A stretch of 64,000 nucleotides of DNA, taken from contig CBDATS010000004.1 in NCBI GenBank assembly GCA_965200245.1, forward strand, positions 256,001 to 320,000, given 5' to 3'. Below, in pieces: positions 19,397 to 29,082 of the stretch. The translations under genes were made by a program, and so were the position numbers. Within the stretch, counting starts at the first letter, position 1, and each line of letters begins with the position of its first letter. Below the pieces are notes generated by a model. The model was given only the letters and a program-made list of their open reading frames with translations. It made no database searches and was not told the origin of the DNA. Source of the stretch: a bacterium. GTDB lineage: Bacteria > UBA8248.

Positions 19397-20419
19397 TCAT
19401 ATTTCGCGGTACTCTGTGGCGATGGCGAACCCCTTGTTCCCCACCTCGAACGGCCCGCTGCACCTGCTGAAGAAAAGCACGCCGTCGGCCGGGCTGCGCA
19501 ATTCCTCCACCACCTCCAGGCGATAGGGGTCCAGCATTTCCCCCAAAAGCTCCCCTTCCCTCACCTTTTCACCCAGATCGGTAAAGTGCGTTTTGCGCGA
19601 GACGAGATATCCTCCGTTCGATGGGTTAACCTCAGCGCGATGGGCGACATCAAAATAGGTAATCCTCATTCTCTTCTCCTCCCCAAGGAGCATTCCGAGG
19701 TGAACGAGGAGGTTCAGGAAACCTTTTTCGAGATCGGTACGGTAGAGGTTCTCCTCGAATTCGGGCAGATAGGCACCGCCAATCTCAACGCTGACAGCGG
19801 GTATCCCCTGCGCGAGCGCATGACCCGAGGCGCTCGATTTGCTGAAGGGCACGCCGTGCACCAACCTGGCACCTCCGCTCGCGAAGGCGATTGCCATTCC
19901 GCGCGATTTTTCAGCGGGGGCACCCTGGGCGTCCGAATCCATATCCACACGCCTTTGGATTCGTCCCGCCGTCCCGCCCGAGTGAAACTCCACGAGATAG
20001 TCCGCGCCTTCAATCAAGGTTTCACGAATCTTTTGCGCGTAGCGTTGCGTGAGTGTCCCCTTGGCAGAACCTGGAAACACCCCCCAAAGGTTCGTATGTT
20101 CGTGCTGGTCCGGTGATTGCCGCGAGAAATTCGAAAAAGCGAATGGATTCGCCACCGGCACGAGTTGCAAGGCACCGCTCAACCGCGCGCGATCGATTTG
20201 CACCAATACGTTCTGAAATGCGCGAATCGGCTGCGGCTCATCCCCGTGGACGCACGCCAGAACGGAGAGGGTGGGGCCGGGCTTCGCTCCCCGCACGCAA
20301 TGAAGGGGCAGACCCGTCTCAGAACCCGTGAGCATCCGCGCCACCGGGATATTCACGTATTCATAGTCTCCGGGGGCTATCGTAGCGCCTTCGATTTCCC
20401 AGACGTCCGCTCCGTTCAA
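19397..20419 (-). CDS. Succinylglutamate desuccinylase/aspartoacylase family (M14-like)
   Basis: GPTL...HGDE, PVANP, FPG...GT, EFHSGG, C-terminal lipoyl-like hybrid motif. Confidence 0.88.
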   Translation of the reverse strand: MNGADVWEIEGATIAPGDYEYVNIPVARMLTGSETGLPLHCVRGAKPGPTLSVLACVHGDEPQPIRAFQNVLVQIDRARLSGALQLVPVANPFAFSNFSRQSPDQHEHTNLWGVFPGSAKGTLTQRYAQKIRETLIEGADYLVEFHSGGTAGRIQRRVDMDSDAQGAPAEKSRGMAIAFASGGARLVHGVPFSKSSASGHALAQGIPAVSVEIGGAYLPEFEENLYRTDLEKGFLNLLVHLGMLLGEEKRMRITYFDVAHRAEVNPSNGGYLVSRKTHFTDLGEKVREGELLGEMLDPYRLEVVEELRSPADGVLFFSRCSGPFEVGNKGFAIATEYREI

Positions 20420-20420
20420 A

Positions 20421-21422
20421 CTAATGCCCCCTGATCTCGGAAACCTCCACTACGCGCCCGCTTTTCGCGCTTTCGATGATCGCCTCCAAGACGGCCACCA
20501 CTTCGCGCGCGGCCTTGCCGTCCGTCTCAGGCGTAGTTTCGCCGCGGATGCACTTGCCGAATTCCTGGATTTCCTCTGCGAGTGCATCGCCGCCGTCCAC
20601 GGAGATCTCGCTCCTTTGGGTTTCGTCTTTTTTCTGCAAATAGAGTCGCTCGCCCTCGTCTTCACTCCATGCGGAGCCTTCGGTACCGTGAGCCAAGGTC
20701 GTGCATTGCTTGGAGGTGACATAGCATGTGGTGATGTAGCCGAGCGGACCGCTCTCGTATTCCAGGATGATGTTCGTCACGTCATCGAGATTGCCCTTGC
20801 CAAGCAGCGGCTTGCTGAACGCACTCACCCGTTTCGCCGGACCTGCGAGGTACTGCAGGTTGTCCACCATGTGGACGCCCAGCCCCGTCATACCCCCCGC
20901 CGGGCATTCCGCTGGGTCATTTCGCCAACCGCCCCTAGGGTTCTGTCCGTTCGGATTGGAGAGGTTCGCCTCCAGGACGTGGATCATCCCGAGCGTGTCC
21001 TCGTCTATCATCCCGCGTATCCTGCGGTTCGCGCCCTGCCGTCTCCTGTGGTGCCCGACGAGGAGCGTGACGCCTGCGCTCTCGGTGGCATCGATACACT
21101 TGTCCGCCTCGGCCACCGTCAGGGTGAGCGGCTTCTCGACGAAAACATGCTTGCCCGCCGATGCGGCCTGCGTTATCAAGTCCGTATGCGTGGAATGAGG
21201 CGTGGCGATGAGAATCCCCTCCACCTCGCTGTCCTTCAGGACTTCATCGTAAGACGCCGCTGGACGGCAACCGAATTTCTCTGCGAATTCCTGGCGCGCC
21301 GATTCGGTTCTCGTGAAACACCGGATAATTTCCACGTTTCCCGCCCTTTTCGCTGCATTCGCCAGCATGTTCCCCCAATTGGCCAGCCCTATCGACGCCA
21401 ACCGTACTTTACCGTTCGCCAT
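20421..21422 (-). CDS. Gfo/Idh/MocA family oxidoreductase
   Basis: ATPHSTH, GKHVFVEKP, GVHMVD. Confidence 0.9.
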   Translation of the reverse strand: MANGKVRLASIGLANWGNMLANAAKRAGNVEIIRCFTRTESARQEFAEKFGCRPAASYDEVLKDSEVEGILIATPHSTHTDLITQAASAGKHVFVEKPLTLTVAEADKCIDATESAGVTLLVGHHRRRQGANRRIRGMIDEDTLGMIHVLEANLSNPNGQNPRGGWRNDPAECPAGGMTGLGVHMVDNLQYLAGPAKRVSAFSKPLLGKGNLDDVTNIILEYESGPLGYITTCYVTSKQCTTLAHGTEGSAWSEDEGERLYLQKKDETQRSEISVDGGDALAEEIQEFGKCIRGETTPETDGKAAREVVAVLEAIIESAKSGRVVEVSEIRGH

Positions 21423-21648
21423 AACAACCCCCATTTCGTTAAACAAGTGCCGAAGAAAGTTCTGCGCTCATTGCCCGGAAAATGCCGGAGTGCGCCTCAT
21501 ATTTTGCTGAACATAATTTGTCAGAAGCGACGGGAAAGAGTAACATTCATGACTTGGGTTCAACAAACCTGACAACAAAATTTTTCGATCCGTGGTGACT
21601 CACCAATAACTCTACGTGGGTAGTTTAGTCAAAAAAGGAGTGTATCGG

Positions 21649-22476
21649 ATGCCGTTTCATCGTTTCGAAGAAATTGAGAAAAAAGCCGTTTCTCCCCACC
21701 TCTCCTCCGGCCAGGGAGCCATCGTGGAGGGGGAATACATGTACTTCTGCCAGGTAAGCAAGGTGGCTGGCACGGGTTCCCAAATTCATTATCACCCCAA
21801 TGAACTCATGATTTTCCCCGTCAGAGGGAAAATTAACGCCCTCGTCGGCAAGGACAGGAGGGTCGTCACGCTAGGCACCTTCGTGCACGTACCCGCGTAC
21901 GCCCAACATCAGATGATCGCCACCGAGGACGGTGACATGGACTACCTCTATGTGAAGGACCGTTCCTGGACTGTCGTGGGGCTCGACAGGGACCAGGTCG
22001 TGCCGGACAAGGCGCTCACCGTCGATGAAATCAACGAGCAATATGAAGACGGCACTGCCGACGACGTAGAAAGAGACGCCGAAAAGGCGCAAATCATCGT
22101 CGATGGCCTGAACAATTCCTACTACCCCATCCTCCCCTCCCTCGATGCACCCGCATCTTCGGGACGTCATACCGTATGGATCGAAGGCGAGCGCCTCGCG
22201 TTCGGCTACGGGGAAATACCCGCAGGCTTCTCTGGGGAAACCGCCGAGAACGCGCACGAACAATTCGTTTACGTCCTGATGGGAGTCATTGACGCCCAGG
22301 TGGACGACGACCACCAGCAGGCGGGTCCCGGCTCCATCATTCACATCCCGAAAGGATCGAAGCAGAACCTCTCCACCCAGAGCGGGCAACACGCACGCTA
22401 TGCGTCGGTGCGGGCCATGCCGAAACTCGAAGAGATGCTGAGAGAAAAAGCGGTGGCCGTGGCAGCGGAAAACTAG
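21649..22476 (+). CDS. Bicupin (two cupin domains)
   Basis: GTGSQIHYHPNE..HVPAYAQH and a second HEQF..IHIPKG domain; AAGGAG RBS. Confidence 0.82.
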   Translation: MPFHRFEEIEKKAVSPHLSSGQGAIVEGEYMYFCQVSKVAGTGSQIHYHPNELMIFPVRGKINALVGKDRRVVTLGTFVHVPAYAQHQMIATEDGDMDYLYVKDRSWTVVGLDRDQVVPDKALTVDEINEQYEDGTADDVERDAEKAQIIVDGLNNSYYPILPSLDAPASSGRHTVWIEGERLAFGYGEIPAGFSGETAENAHEQFVYVLMGVIDAQVDDDHQQAGPGSIIHIPKGSKQNLSTQSGQHARYASVRAMPKLEEMLREKAVAVAAEN

Positions 22477-22493
22477 GTCGGGGCGAATCACGT

Positions 22494-22892
22494 ATGGCGA
22501 AATACCTGGTTTGCAAAATAACGGAACTTCCCCCCGGCGCACGCAAGATAGTCGAGGTTGCGGGCCGATCCATCGGCGTGTTCAACATCAAGAACTCCCT
22601 CTATGCGGTCAGGAATTCCTGCCCGCACCAAGGCGCACCGCTGTGTCTCGGCAAGGTCAAAGGGACGATGAAATCCTCCAGGCCGCATTCTTACGAATAC
22701 GTGATGGACGAGCAGGTTCTCGTGTGCCCCTGGCACTGCTGGGAGTTCGACATCACGAACGGGCGTTCTGTCTTTAACCCCCACAGGATGCGCGTCAAGA
22801 CCTACGAAGTCACGCTCGAAGCAGAAGAAGACCCCTCTATCGAGACCTACGAAGTCACGATCGAAAAGGATCTGGTGATGGTGTACGTGTGA
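22494..22892 (+). CDS. Rieske [2Fe-2S] ferredoxin-like protein
   Basis: CPHQGAPLC ... CPWHCWEFD. Confidence 0.92.
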   Translation: MAKYLVCKITELPPGARKIVEVAGRSIGVFNIKNSLYAVRNSCPHQGAPLCLGKVKGTMKSSRPHSYEYVMDEQVLVCPWHCWEFDITNGRSVFNPHRMRVKTYEVTLEAEEDPSIETYEVTIEKDLVMVYV

Positions 22893-22920
22893 TCCCGACT
22901 CACAGAAGACGAGGGCGCAA

Positions 22921-24018
22921 ATGAGAAAAATCGAGAAAATAGAACTCTTCCCTGTCGCCATACCGCTCAACCATCCCTACAAGAGCGCCACGCGGACCGC
23001 GACGCATTCAGAAGACATCGTCGTGAAAATCACCTGCGAGGGCCTTTCGGGCTGGGGAGGAGCACCGCTTCGTTCATTTCCGACCGGAGAGACACTCAAG
23101 AGCGCTTACCAGATACTTGATGAATACCTGGTTCCCGCGATCGCCGAATGCAATCCATTCGATCGCGAACTCATCGTCCACAGGATGGACAAGGCCATGC
23201 CCTTCCACCATTCGCCGAAAGCGGCTATCGATTGCGCGGTGCACGACCTTATCGGGCGTATGCTGGGTTGTCCGGTCTACGATCTGCTGGGCGGAAAAAT
23301 CCGGGACGAGATGCCCGCTTTCGACATCCTGCCCCTTGAATCGCCCGAAAGAACCGCCGAGTTAGCAGCGGAATCCATGGCCTTGGGAATCACCTCGTTC
23401 AAGGTGAAGATGAACCGCGACACGAAGACGAGTATCGCGCGCGTGGCGGCGGCCAGAGAAGCGGCCGGGGACGAGGCGCACATCGTCGTCGACGCGAACA
23501 TGAGCTGGACACCCAAGCTCGCCGTGCAGATGTGCGCGCGCATCGAGGACTACGGCGTCACCATGGTCGAACAGCCCGTGCCCGGCAACGACCTCGACGG
23601 TCTGGAATTCGTTACCAGGAACACGCGCATCCCCATCTGTGCGGACGAGTCGTTCCGCCCCGATTATCTAGCCCAAATCGCCCGCAGGCGCGCCGCCGAC
23701 ATCGTGAACCTGAAGGTGAACCGTGAGGGCGGGCTGCTTCACGCGAAAAAGGCCGCCGCCCTCATCGAAATTCACGGCATCGAGGGCATCTGCGGCAGCG
23801 TGATCCACAGCGCACTGAACGATGCCGCCTGCGCGCACCTTTTCGCCTCGACCCCTTCCATCGTCTACAACGAATCCGGCAAGTCCCCCGCCTGGCATAA
23901 CGAGGACATCGTAACGGGCTTCGAGGCGCAAGGCGGTACAGTCAAGGTTCCCGAAGGTCCCGGCCTGGGGGTGGAAGTGAACGAGGAGGCGGTGCAAAAA
24001 TTCCGCCTCGATCTGTAA
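22921..24018 (+). CDS. Mandelate racemase/muconate lactonizing enzyme (enolase superfamily)
   Basis: PVYDLLGG, KVK, DAN, EQP, DES, NLK, PGLG. Confidence 0.9.
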   Translation: MRKIEKIELFPVAIPLNHPYKSATRTATHSEDIVVKITCEGLSGWGGAPLRSFPTGETLKSAYQILDEYLVPAIAECNPFDRELIVHRMDKAMPFHHSPKAAIDCAVHDLIGRMLGCPVYDLLGGKIRDEMPAFDILPLESPERTAELAAESMALGITSFKVKMNRDTKTSIARVAAAREAAGDEAHIVVDANMSWTPKLAVQMCARIEDYGVTMVEQPVPGNDLDGLEFVTRNTRIPICADESFRPDYLAQIARRRAADIVNLKVNREGGLLHAKKAAALIEIHGIEGICGSVIHSALNDAACAHLFASTPSIVYNESGKSPAWHNEDIVTGFEAQGGTVKVPEGPGLGVEVNEEAVQKFRLDL

Positions 24019-24094
24019 CAGGCAAACCTTTCCGGCCGTTCGACACAGACGTAGCCAACCCCGGAAGCAACCCTGCCTTTTTGTGATCTCCGGC

Positions 24095-25240
24095 TCAGAG
24101 CTTGTGGCCGTAGAGTTCCTCGGCGCTTTCGTGATAGATGCGGTGCCTCATGTCGTCCGATACCTCCTGAAACACCTGTCTGGGGTTGTCGAAATCCCAA
24201 TGCGGATAATCGGACGCGAATAGCAGCGTCTTCTCCGCTCTCGCCATCCTGAGAATCTGGCGATGATCCTCATTCGTGGGCGGCTCGGCGATGGGCTGCG
24301 TCGTCAGCCGGACATGGTCGACGATGTATTCGCTCGGTGGACGCTCCAGCCAGGGAACCTCCGCACGCAGCGAGCGCCACTCCTGATCGAAGCGCCACAT
24401 GATGCTCGGCAGCCAGGCGTAGCCCATCTCCTGAAAGACGACCTTGAGCTTCGGGAAGCGCACGAATACACCCTCGCACACCATGCTGATGACCTGCGCC
24501 TGGGCTATCGTCACCGCGCCCGTGTGCACCTCGATGTAGTAGGCGGGAATTCCACCCGGGTTCATGGGCGTGTTGACGCCCGCCGCTTCTCCCGCGCCGT
24601 GCATCCCGACAGGCAGGCCCATGGCTTCGGCGGCCTCGTAGATGGGATAATAGTGGCGGTTTCCCATCAACACGTCTATCTGTGGAATCTGTACTTGCAC
24701 CACATCGGGATGAGAACCAATCCTCTCGATTTCCCTGGCTGCGAGCCCCGGGTCGCGCGGGCCGACGTGTATCGCTAGCTTCAGGCGGGGTTCCGGCTCG
24801 CACCACTCGTGCAGCAGCCAGTCGTTGTTCGCGGAAATAAAGGCGGCCGCCATGTCGGCGTCTGGCAATCCGCCGATGCCGAACAGATCGCCTGCGATGA
24901 GGATGCCGACGTCGATACCGTATTTGTCCAGATGGTGGGAGCGCAGCATGTCGAGACTCGATCCCGGCCTCCCGCCGTCGGGCGGCAGGGCGTCGGGACG
25001 TTCGGCCCCGTGGGGATGGTAGTACCAGCGCTTGGGTATGGAGAAGACGTTTCGCGCGGTGTTGGGATCCTTGGCGGAACTGAGCGGTGCCACGCCCATG
25101 CGCTTGCGCCACGATTCGGACAGGTACGGGTGCAGCTGGTGCATGCCGTTCATTCTCGGATGGATGTCCGCATCGATGATCTTGAACTTCACCGCATCCG
25201 CCGATTCCGGCGCCATCGCTTCAAGTCCGAGCTCGCTCAT
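24095..25240 (-). CDS. Amidohydrolase-2 fold protein, possible dinuclear oxygenase
   Basis: IIDADIH, VGMH, CEGVFVRFPKLKVVFQEMGYAW, FASDYPHWDFD. Confidence 0.85.
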   Translation of the reverse strand: MSELGLEAMAPESADAVKFKIIDADIHPRMNGMHQLHPYLSESWRKRMGVAPLSSAKDPNTARNVFSIPKRWYYHPHGAERPDALPPDGGRPGSSLDMLRSHHLDKYGIDVGILIAGDLFGIGGLPDADMAAAFISANNDWLLHEWCEPEPRLKLAIHVGPRDPGLAAREIERIGSHPDVVQVQIPQIDVLMGNRHYYPIYEAAEAMGLPVGMHGAGEAAGVNTPMNPGGIPAYYIEVHTGAVTIAQAQVISMVCEGVFVRFPKLKVVFQEMGYAWLPSIMWRFDQEWRSLRAEVPWLERPPSEYIVDHVRLTTQPIAEPPTNEDHRQILRMARAEKTLLFASDYPHWDFDNPRQVFQEVSDDMRHRIYHESAEELYGHKL

Positions 25241-25283
25241 TTCAGGCCCCTCTTGGGTCAAAAACTCGAAAATCTGTGTCGCC

Positions 25284-26627
25284 CTAAAGATCGGGAAATG
25301 CCGCCTGCCAGCCCATTTCCTCCTCGAACCACCTCGCCATAGCCAGGAGTTTCTCCTCTCCACAACGCATCGCGCCGAACTGGATGCCCAACGGGAGGTT
25401 CATACCCCCGCGCCCCAGAGGCAGGGTGATAGCGGGTTGCCCCGAAAAGGTGAGCGGCTGCAAAAAGGCGGGCGATCCGGTGGATTCCGCCCAGGGCAGC
25501 GGTCCCGCTTCGAAACTCGGCAGGACGAACAGATCATATCGTTCCATGAGAGCGTCCATTTTCCGCATAAAACTCGCCCGAACACGCAGCGCCTTCGCGT
25601 AGTGAACCGCGGGCGTCATGTACCCGATTGTGAGGCTCCTTCGCACGTAAGGCGGGAGTTCGTGCCTGTGCGCCTCATATAATTCCTGGTGGTAAGCGGC
25701 GGAATCCACGCACCTGGCGATGAAATGCGCCGCGTTTATCTCATCCATGCTCAAAGGAAGCTCAATCTCGTGGACTTCGACGCCCCTGGATGTAATCTGT
25801 CCTACTGCCCGCTCGGTCCACTCGGCGACTTCTTCGCTCGCCAGCGCGAGCAAATGCTTAAAGTACGCGATTTTCCCGGGCTTTCCAGGCGTAATGTTCG
25901 CAAGAGGCGGCGGAGCGTTCACAGCACCGTGATCCGCGCCGTCGGGACCCGCCGCCACCTCCAGAATCCTTGCGATGTCCTCGACGGTGCGCGCGATGAT
26001 TCCTACATGATCGAAATTCCACGATACGGCAATGACGCCCGTCCTGGGAATGCGCCCGTAGGTGGGTTTCAAACCCGGCACCCCGCAATACGCGGCGGGA
26101 CGCAGGGTGGAACCCGTCGTTTGGCTGCCGAGTGCTGCGGGAACCATACCTGCGCCCACGGCGGCAGCGGAACCGCTGCTCGAACCACCCGGGCTTCGTT
26201 CAAGATTCCAGGGATTGCGGGTGATGGAGGGATCCCCTTGCGCAAAGGGCGTCGTTACCGCCTTGCCGAGGGCAATTGCGCCCGCGTTCCTCAAGCGTGC
26301 CACACAGCTGGCGTCCTCGGCGGTAGTTCGTCCCTCGAAAATATGCGTTCCGGCTTCAAGTTTCAGTCCCCGAATGGCGAAAATATCCTTCGCGGCATAC
26401 GGCGCGCCGGCCAGAGGCCCCAACACTCCCCCGGCGTTTCTGGCGTCGTCTACCGCATTCGCCGCCAGAAGAGCGCCCTCCCTGTCCACCTGCACCCACG
26501 CCTTCACCTGCCCTTCACAAGCGTCAATGCGTAACAGCAGAGAACACACCCACTCCGTCGCGGTAAGGGCACCCTCCTCCATCCTGCTTAAGCCCTCGCT
26601 CAGCGATAGACGCCAGTGTTCACTCAT
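25284..26627 (-). CDS. Amidase signature family protein
   Basis: AKD, PGGSSSGSAAAV, GSQTTGSTLRPAAYCG. Confidence 0.9.
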   Translation of the reverse strand: MSEHWRLSLSEGLSRMEEGALTATEWVCSLLLRIDACEGQVKAWVQVDREGALLAANAVDDARNAGGVLGPLAGAPYAAKDIFAIRGLKLEAGTHIFEGRTTAEDASCVARLRNAGAIALGKAVTTPFAQGDPSITRNPWNLERSPGGSSSGSAAAVGAGMVPAALGSQTTGSTLRPAAYCGVPGLKPTYGRIPRTGVIAVSWNFDHVGIIARTVEDIARILEVAAGPDGADHGAVNAPPPLANITPGKPGKIAYFKHLLALASEEVAEWTERAVGQITSRGVEVHEIELPLSMDEINAAHFIARCVDSAAYHQELYEAHRHELPPYVRRSLTIGYMTPAVHYAKALRVRASFMRKMDALMERYDLFVLPSFEAGPLPWAESTGSPAFLQPLTFSGQPAITLPLGRGGMNLPLGIQFGAMRCGEEKLLAMARWFEEEMGWQAAFPDL

Positions 26628-26833
26628 TCCGCACCTTCATCGGCATTCTGGTTTTTCAGAGTGGGGATAAACGGTTCATCCGTGTTTTCCACGGGTATAT
26701 CGGAGAGAATCCGGATCATCTGCGCGCAATCGTCTGCCGTCTTGAGGCCGAGCTCATCCTGGGGCACGCCGAAGATGGAGAGGGCCATCTCACCGATTTG
26801 CGCCGCTAGTTTCTCTTGCCGTTCCGGCGACAT
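26624..26833 (-). CDS. Small acidic protein coupled to amidase (GatC/AtzG-like helper?)
   Basis: 69 aa, GAGGGGAG RBS, ATGA overlap with amidase, C-terminal DEPF. Confidence 0.6.
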   Translation of the reverse strand: MSPERQEKLAAQIGEMALSIFGVPQDELGLKTADDCAQMIRILSDIPVENTDEPFIPTLKNQNADEGAE

Positions 26834-26951
26834 CTTCTCCCCTCGTCACACAAACTCAAGTCTCATGAGCATCACGAATTGGGCATCTCGAATAAAATGC
26901 ATCATACTATAAAGGAGTTGCCGGGACGAAGGGGGATGAGAGGGAAAACAC

Positions 26952-27404
26952 ATGAAAATCTGGGTGGATGCGGACGCATGCCCGCAAGAGGTCAAGGAAA
27001 TTCTCTACAAGACCGCAGATCGTCTCGACATCCCCACCGTGCTCGTGGCGAACATGAAGCTCAGGACGCCGGAAATCCCCTCGGTTTCCATGATTCAGGT
27101 TCCCGGCGGAGCGGACGCCGCTGATAAGCACATCGTCGAGCACTTGAGCGCGGGCGATTTCGTCATCACAGCGGATGTTCCTTTCACGGCGAAGGCGGTG
27201 GAAAAAGGCGCGCTGGCCATCGATCCCAGAGGCGAGGTCTATACCGAGGAAAACGTGGGCGAGCGGCTTTCCTTGAGAAACTTCATGATGGATATGCGCT
27301 CGGGCGGGCTCGTACAGGGCGGACCGCCGCCCATGGCCGTAGCGGATCGCCACAAATTTGCAGCGGCCCTCGACAGGGAATTGACGAGAAGAAGAAACGC
27401 CTAG
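26952..27404 (+). CDS. YaiI/YqxD (DUF188) family protein
   Basis: IWVDADACP, DAAD, VITADVP, PRGEVYT..NV.ERL. Confidence 0.92.
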   Translation: MKIWVDADACPQEVKEILYKTADRLDIPTVLVANMKLRTPEIPSVSMIQVPGGADAADKHIVEHLSAGDFVITADVPFTAKAVEKGALAIDPRGEVYTEENVGERLSLRNFMMDMRSGGLVQGGPPPMAVADRHKFAAALDRELTRRRNA

Positions 27405-28387
27405 GCGTTCACGTCTACTACCACGCGGCCCCGCACCCGCCCTTTCAGTATCTCGCCACCCAAGCCGGACAGATCGGACAGCGTCGCTTCGGCAATCATC
27501 GACTCGAGTTTGTCCTGCGGCATCTCCTCCCCAAGCCGTGTCCACGCCTTACTGCGGGGTTCATAGGGGCACATGACGGAATCGATGCCAAGCAGGTTCA
27601 CGCCCCGAAGGAGAAAAGGGATCACCGTCGTCTCGAGCGCGCTCCCGCCGGCCAGACCCACCGCCGCCACCGAACTTCCATATTTCATTTGCGTGAGCAG
27701 GCGAGCCAGCGTCGTACCGCCCACCGAATCGATGCAGCCCGCCCAGCGCTCGCTCTCGAGCGGGCGTTTTGTGGTTTCGGCGAGTTCGCTCCGGTCGATG
27801 ATTTTCGATGCACCGAGCGATCCGAGATATTCGTGGGTTTCCTCCCTGCCAGTCGAGGCGGTGACGGAATAGCCCAGATGCGCAAGAACAGCCACTGCGA
27901 CCGAGCCGACTCCTCCTGCAGCGCCCGTTACCAGAACTTCCCCGTCATCCACACCCAGACCGTGGTCCTCCAGCGCCTGAACGGAGAGCATCGCGGTGAA
28001 ACCCGCCGTGCCGAGTGCCATCGCCTGTCTCGTCGAGAGGTTCTCGGGCAGATGGACCAGCCAGTCCCCCTTGACGCGCGCTTTCTGGGAATATCCGCCC
28101 CAGTGCGACTCACCGACCCGCCAGCCAGTGAGAATCACCTTGTCCCCGGGGCTGTAACCTGAGTGCGTACTCTCTTCCACGGTACCCGCGAAGTCGATGC
28201 CCCCGATGTGAGGGTAATTCCGCACCAGCCGCCCGATGCCGCCCAGAACCATCCCGTCCTTGTAATTGAGCGTCGAATAATCTATCGCGACCGTCACGTC
28301 GCCGTCCGGCAGGCTCGCCTCGTCGAGTTCCTGAATCGACGAGGTGACTTTCCCGTCCGCTTCCTCCAAAACCAGAGCACGAAACAT
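27401..28387 (-). CDS. acuI: Acryloyl-CoA reductase AcuI/YhdH (MDR family)
   Basis: STLNYKD, GTAGFTAML, VTGAAGGVGS, PFLLRGVNLLGIDSV. Confidence 0.85.
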   Translation of the reverse strand: MFRALVLEEADGKVTSSIQELDEASLPDGDVTVAIDYSTLNYKDGMVLGGIGRLVRNYPHIGGIDFAGTVEESTHSGYSPGDKVILTGWRVGESHWGGYSQKARVKGDWLVHLPENLSTRQAMALGTAGFTAMLSVQALEDHGLGVDDGEVLVTGAAGGVGSVAVAVLAHLGYSVTASTGREETHEYLGSLGASKIIDRSELAETTKRPLESERWAGCIDSVGGTTLARLLTQMKYGSSVAAVGLAGGSALETTVIPFLLRGVNLLGIDSVMCPYEPRSKAWTRLGEEMPQDKLESMIAEATLSDLSGLGGEILKGRVRGRVVVDVNA

Positions 28388-28407
28388 AATGCATCATCTC
28401 CATATAG

Positions 28408-28893
28408 TCAGCTTTGTTCTATCGCCTCCTTGAACAGGCCGAGCGTCGCTTCGGCGAACGCCCACATATTCGCCTCCCTGTTCGCATCGCCCGTCTCAAG
28501 CGTCATTACCTTTTCCACCGGACCGGATACTGCCATGCACGAATGTCCGGGTGCATCCCCGTACCTGTTGCCCGAAGGGCCCGCCGCCCCGGTTTCAGAG
28601 AGGCCCCATGTCGAACCCAGCCTGTCCTTGATCGCCGCAGCCAACTTCGCCGCGTAAGGCTCCGTGCTCGGCCTCATTCCCTCGAAGGTCTCTTCGGGCA
28701 GTCCCAAGAGGATACTCCTCGAATCGTAGGTGTAGAGCACCCCGCCACCCATGTAGTAGGCCGAAGCTCCCGGAACCGCGAGAAGTGCAGAGGAAACCAG
28801 ACCGCCCGCGGAGGTTTCCGCAACGGTGACCGTTTGCTCCCTATCCTTCAGCATTTGCCCGATTTCACCGGCCATTCGCGTGAGTAGATCCAT
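28408..28893 (-). CDS. CinA C-terminal (PncC-like) protein
   Basis: VAETSAGGL..PGAS, ETGAAGPSG. Confidence 0.85.
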   Translation of the reverse strand: MDLLTRMAGEIGQMLKDREQTVTVAETSAGGLVSSALLAVPGASAYYMGGGVLYTYDSRSILLGLPEETFEGMRPSTEPYAAKLAAAIKDRLGSTWGLSETGAAGPSGNRYGDAPGHSCMAVSGPVEKVMTLETGDANREANMWAFAEATLGLFKEAIEQS

Positions 28894-29082
28894 GTACGTC
28901 TCCAGATGTAAAAAACGCAAACCCAGAAGTTGGAACAATGGCACAATCTCGCCCGAAAATCATCCGTCGCCGATTCCGGTACACATAAAGGACGCGAGGG
29001 GAAGATATTTTCTTCTCGTGATATATTGCGAAAAACGCACGCCATGATTTGAGTATGTCCGATTTCACGGAGGAAACATCTT

